A stretch of DNA of 14,144 nucleotides from a metagenome. The position numbers were made by a program, and so were the translations under genes. Each line of letters begins with the position of its first letter. Within the stretch, counting starts at the first letter, position 1. A model generated the notes under the pieces. The model did not search any database and was not told the DNA's origin. It worked only from the letters and a program-made list of their open reading frames with translations. The stretch lies in sequence record k141_1493513; one strand, written 5' to 3'. Below are positions 14,128 to 14,144 of the stretch, piece by piece.

Positions 14128-14144
14128 GGGGGGGGGGGGGGGGG
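14128..14144. repeat. 17-nt poly-G homopolymer at the very end of the window
   Basis: Read directly: G x17 running to the last base. This is typical of two-colour sequencing-by-synthesis 'dark cycle' read ends incorporated at a contig terminus. Confidence 0.9.

Noticed and set aside
1-14144. Prokaryotic-style systems: defence islands, CRISPR arrays, toxin-antitoxin pairs, operons, integrases or transposases
   Set aside because: No repeat-spacer array, recombinase or transposase-like ORF, or co-directional operon logic is present. The gene content (WAPL, POLA2, USP39, intron-containing Pol III tRNAs) is clearly eukaryotic and housekeeping.

Overview
This window reads as compact, intron-poor eukaryotic nuclear DNA of roughly 60% G+C, not a prokaryotic or accessory locus. 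The GCG/GAC/CGC/GTC/TCG codon dialect, 70-290 nt gene spacers and intron-bearing Pol III tRNA genes suggest a Mamiellophyceae-type picoalga (Ostreococcus/Micromonas-like). That assignment is inference from memory and was not searched.

I support seven protein genes:
- WAPL-like cohesin release factor
- a 66-aa single-pass membrane microprotein
- DNA polymerase alpha subunit B
- a bacterial-type UDP-galactopyranose mutase
- a TLDc-domain protein
- USP39/SAD1 tri-snRNP protein
- an S26 signal-peptidase-like protein
- a GT10 fucosyltransferase

That list has eight entries because the microprotein is the least certain call. There are also two colinear intron-containing tRNA genes, Trp-CCA and Glu-UUC, each followed by a T-run terminator.

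I see no CRISPR array, operon, clear transposon or convincing multi-gene novel system. The gene content is mostly housekeeping. The items worth a second look are smaller:
1. An abrupt switch to about 80% G+C with a different codon dialect in the first ~820 nt. Together with the 17-nt poly-G at the other end, this raises assembly or foreign-DNA questions.
2. A densely structured ~150-nt element behind the WAPL-like gene: a 16-bp perfect inverted repeat with nested hairpins, flanked by UGAUGA and CUGA.
3. A ~700-nt CpG-rich stretch with no credible ORF, in an otherwise tightly packed locus.
4. An S26 peptidase homologue in which both catalytic dyad residues appear replaced.
5. A prokaryote-like UGM in an algal context.

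All counts and folds were done by eye.
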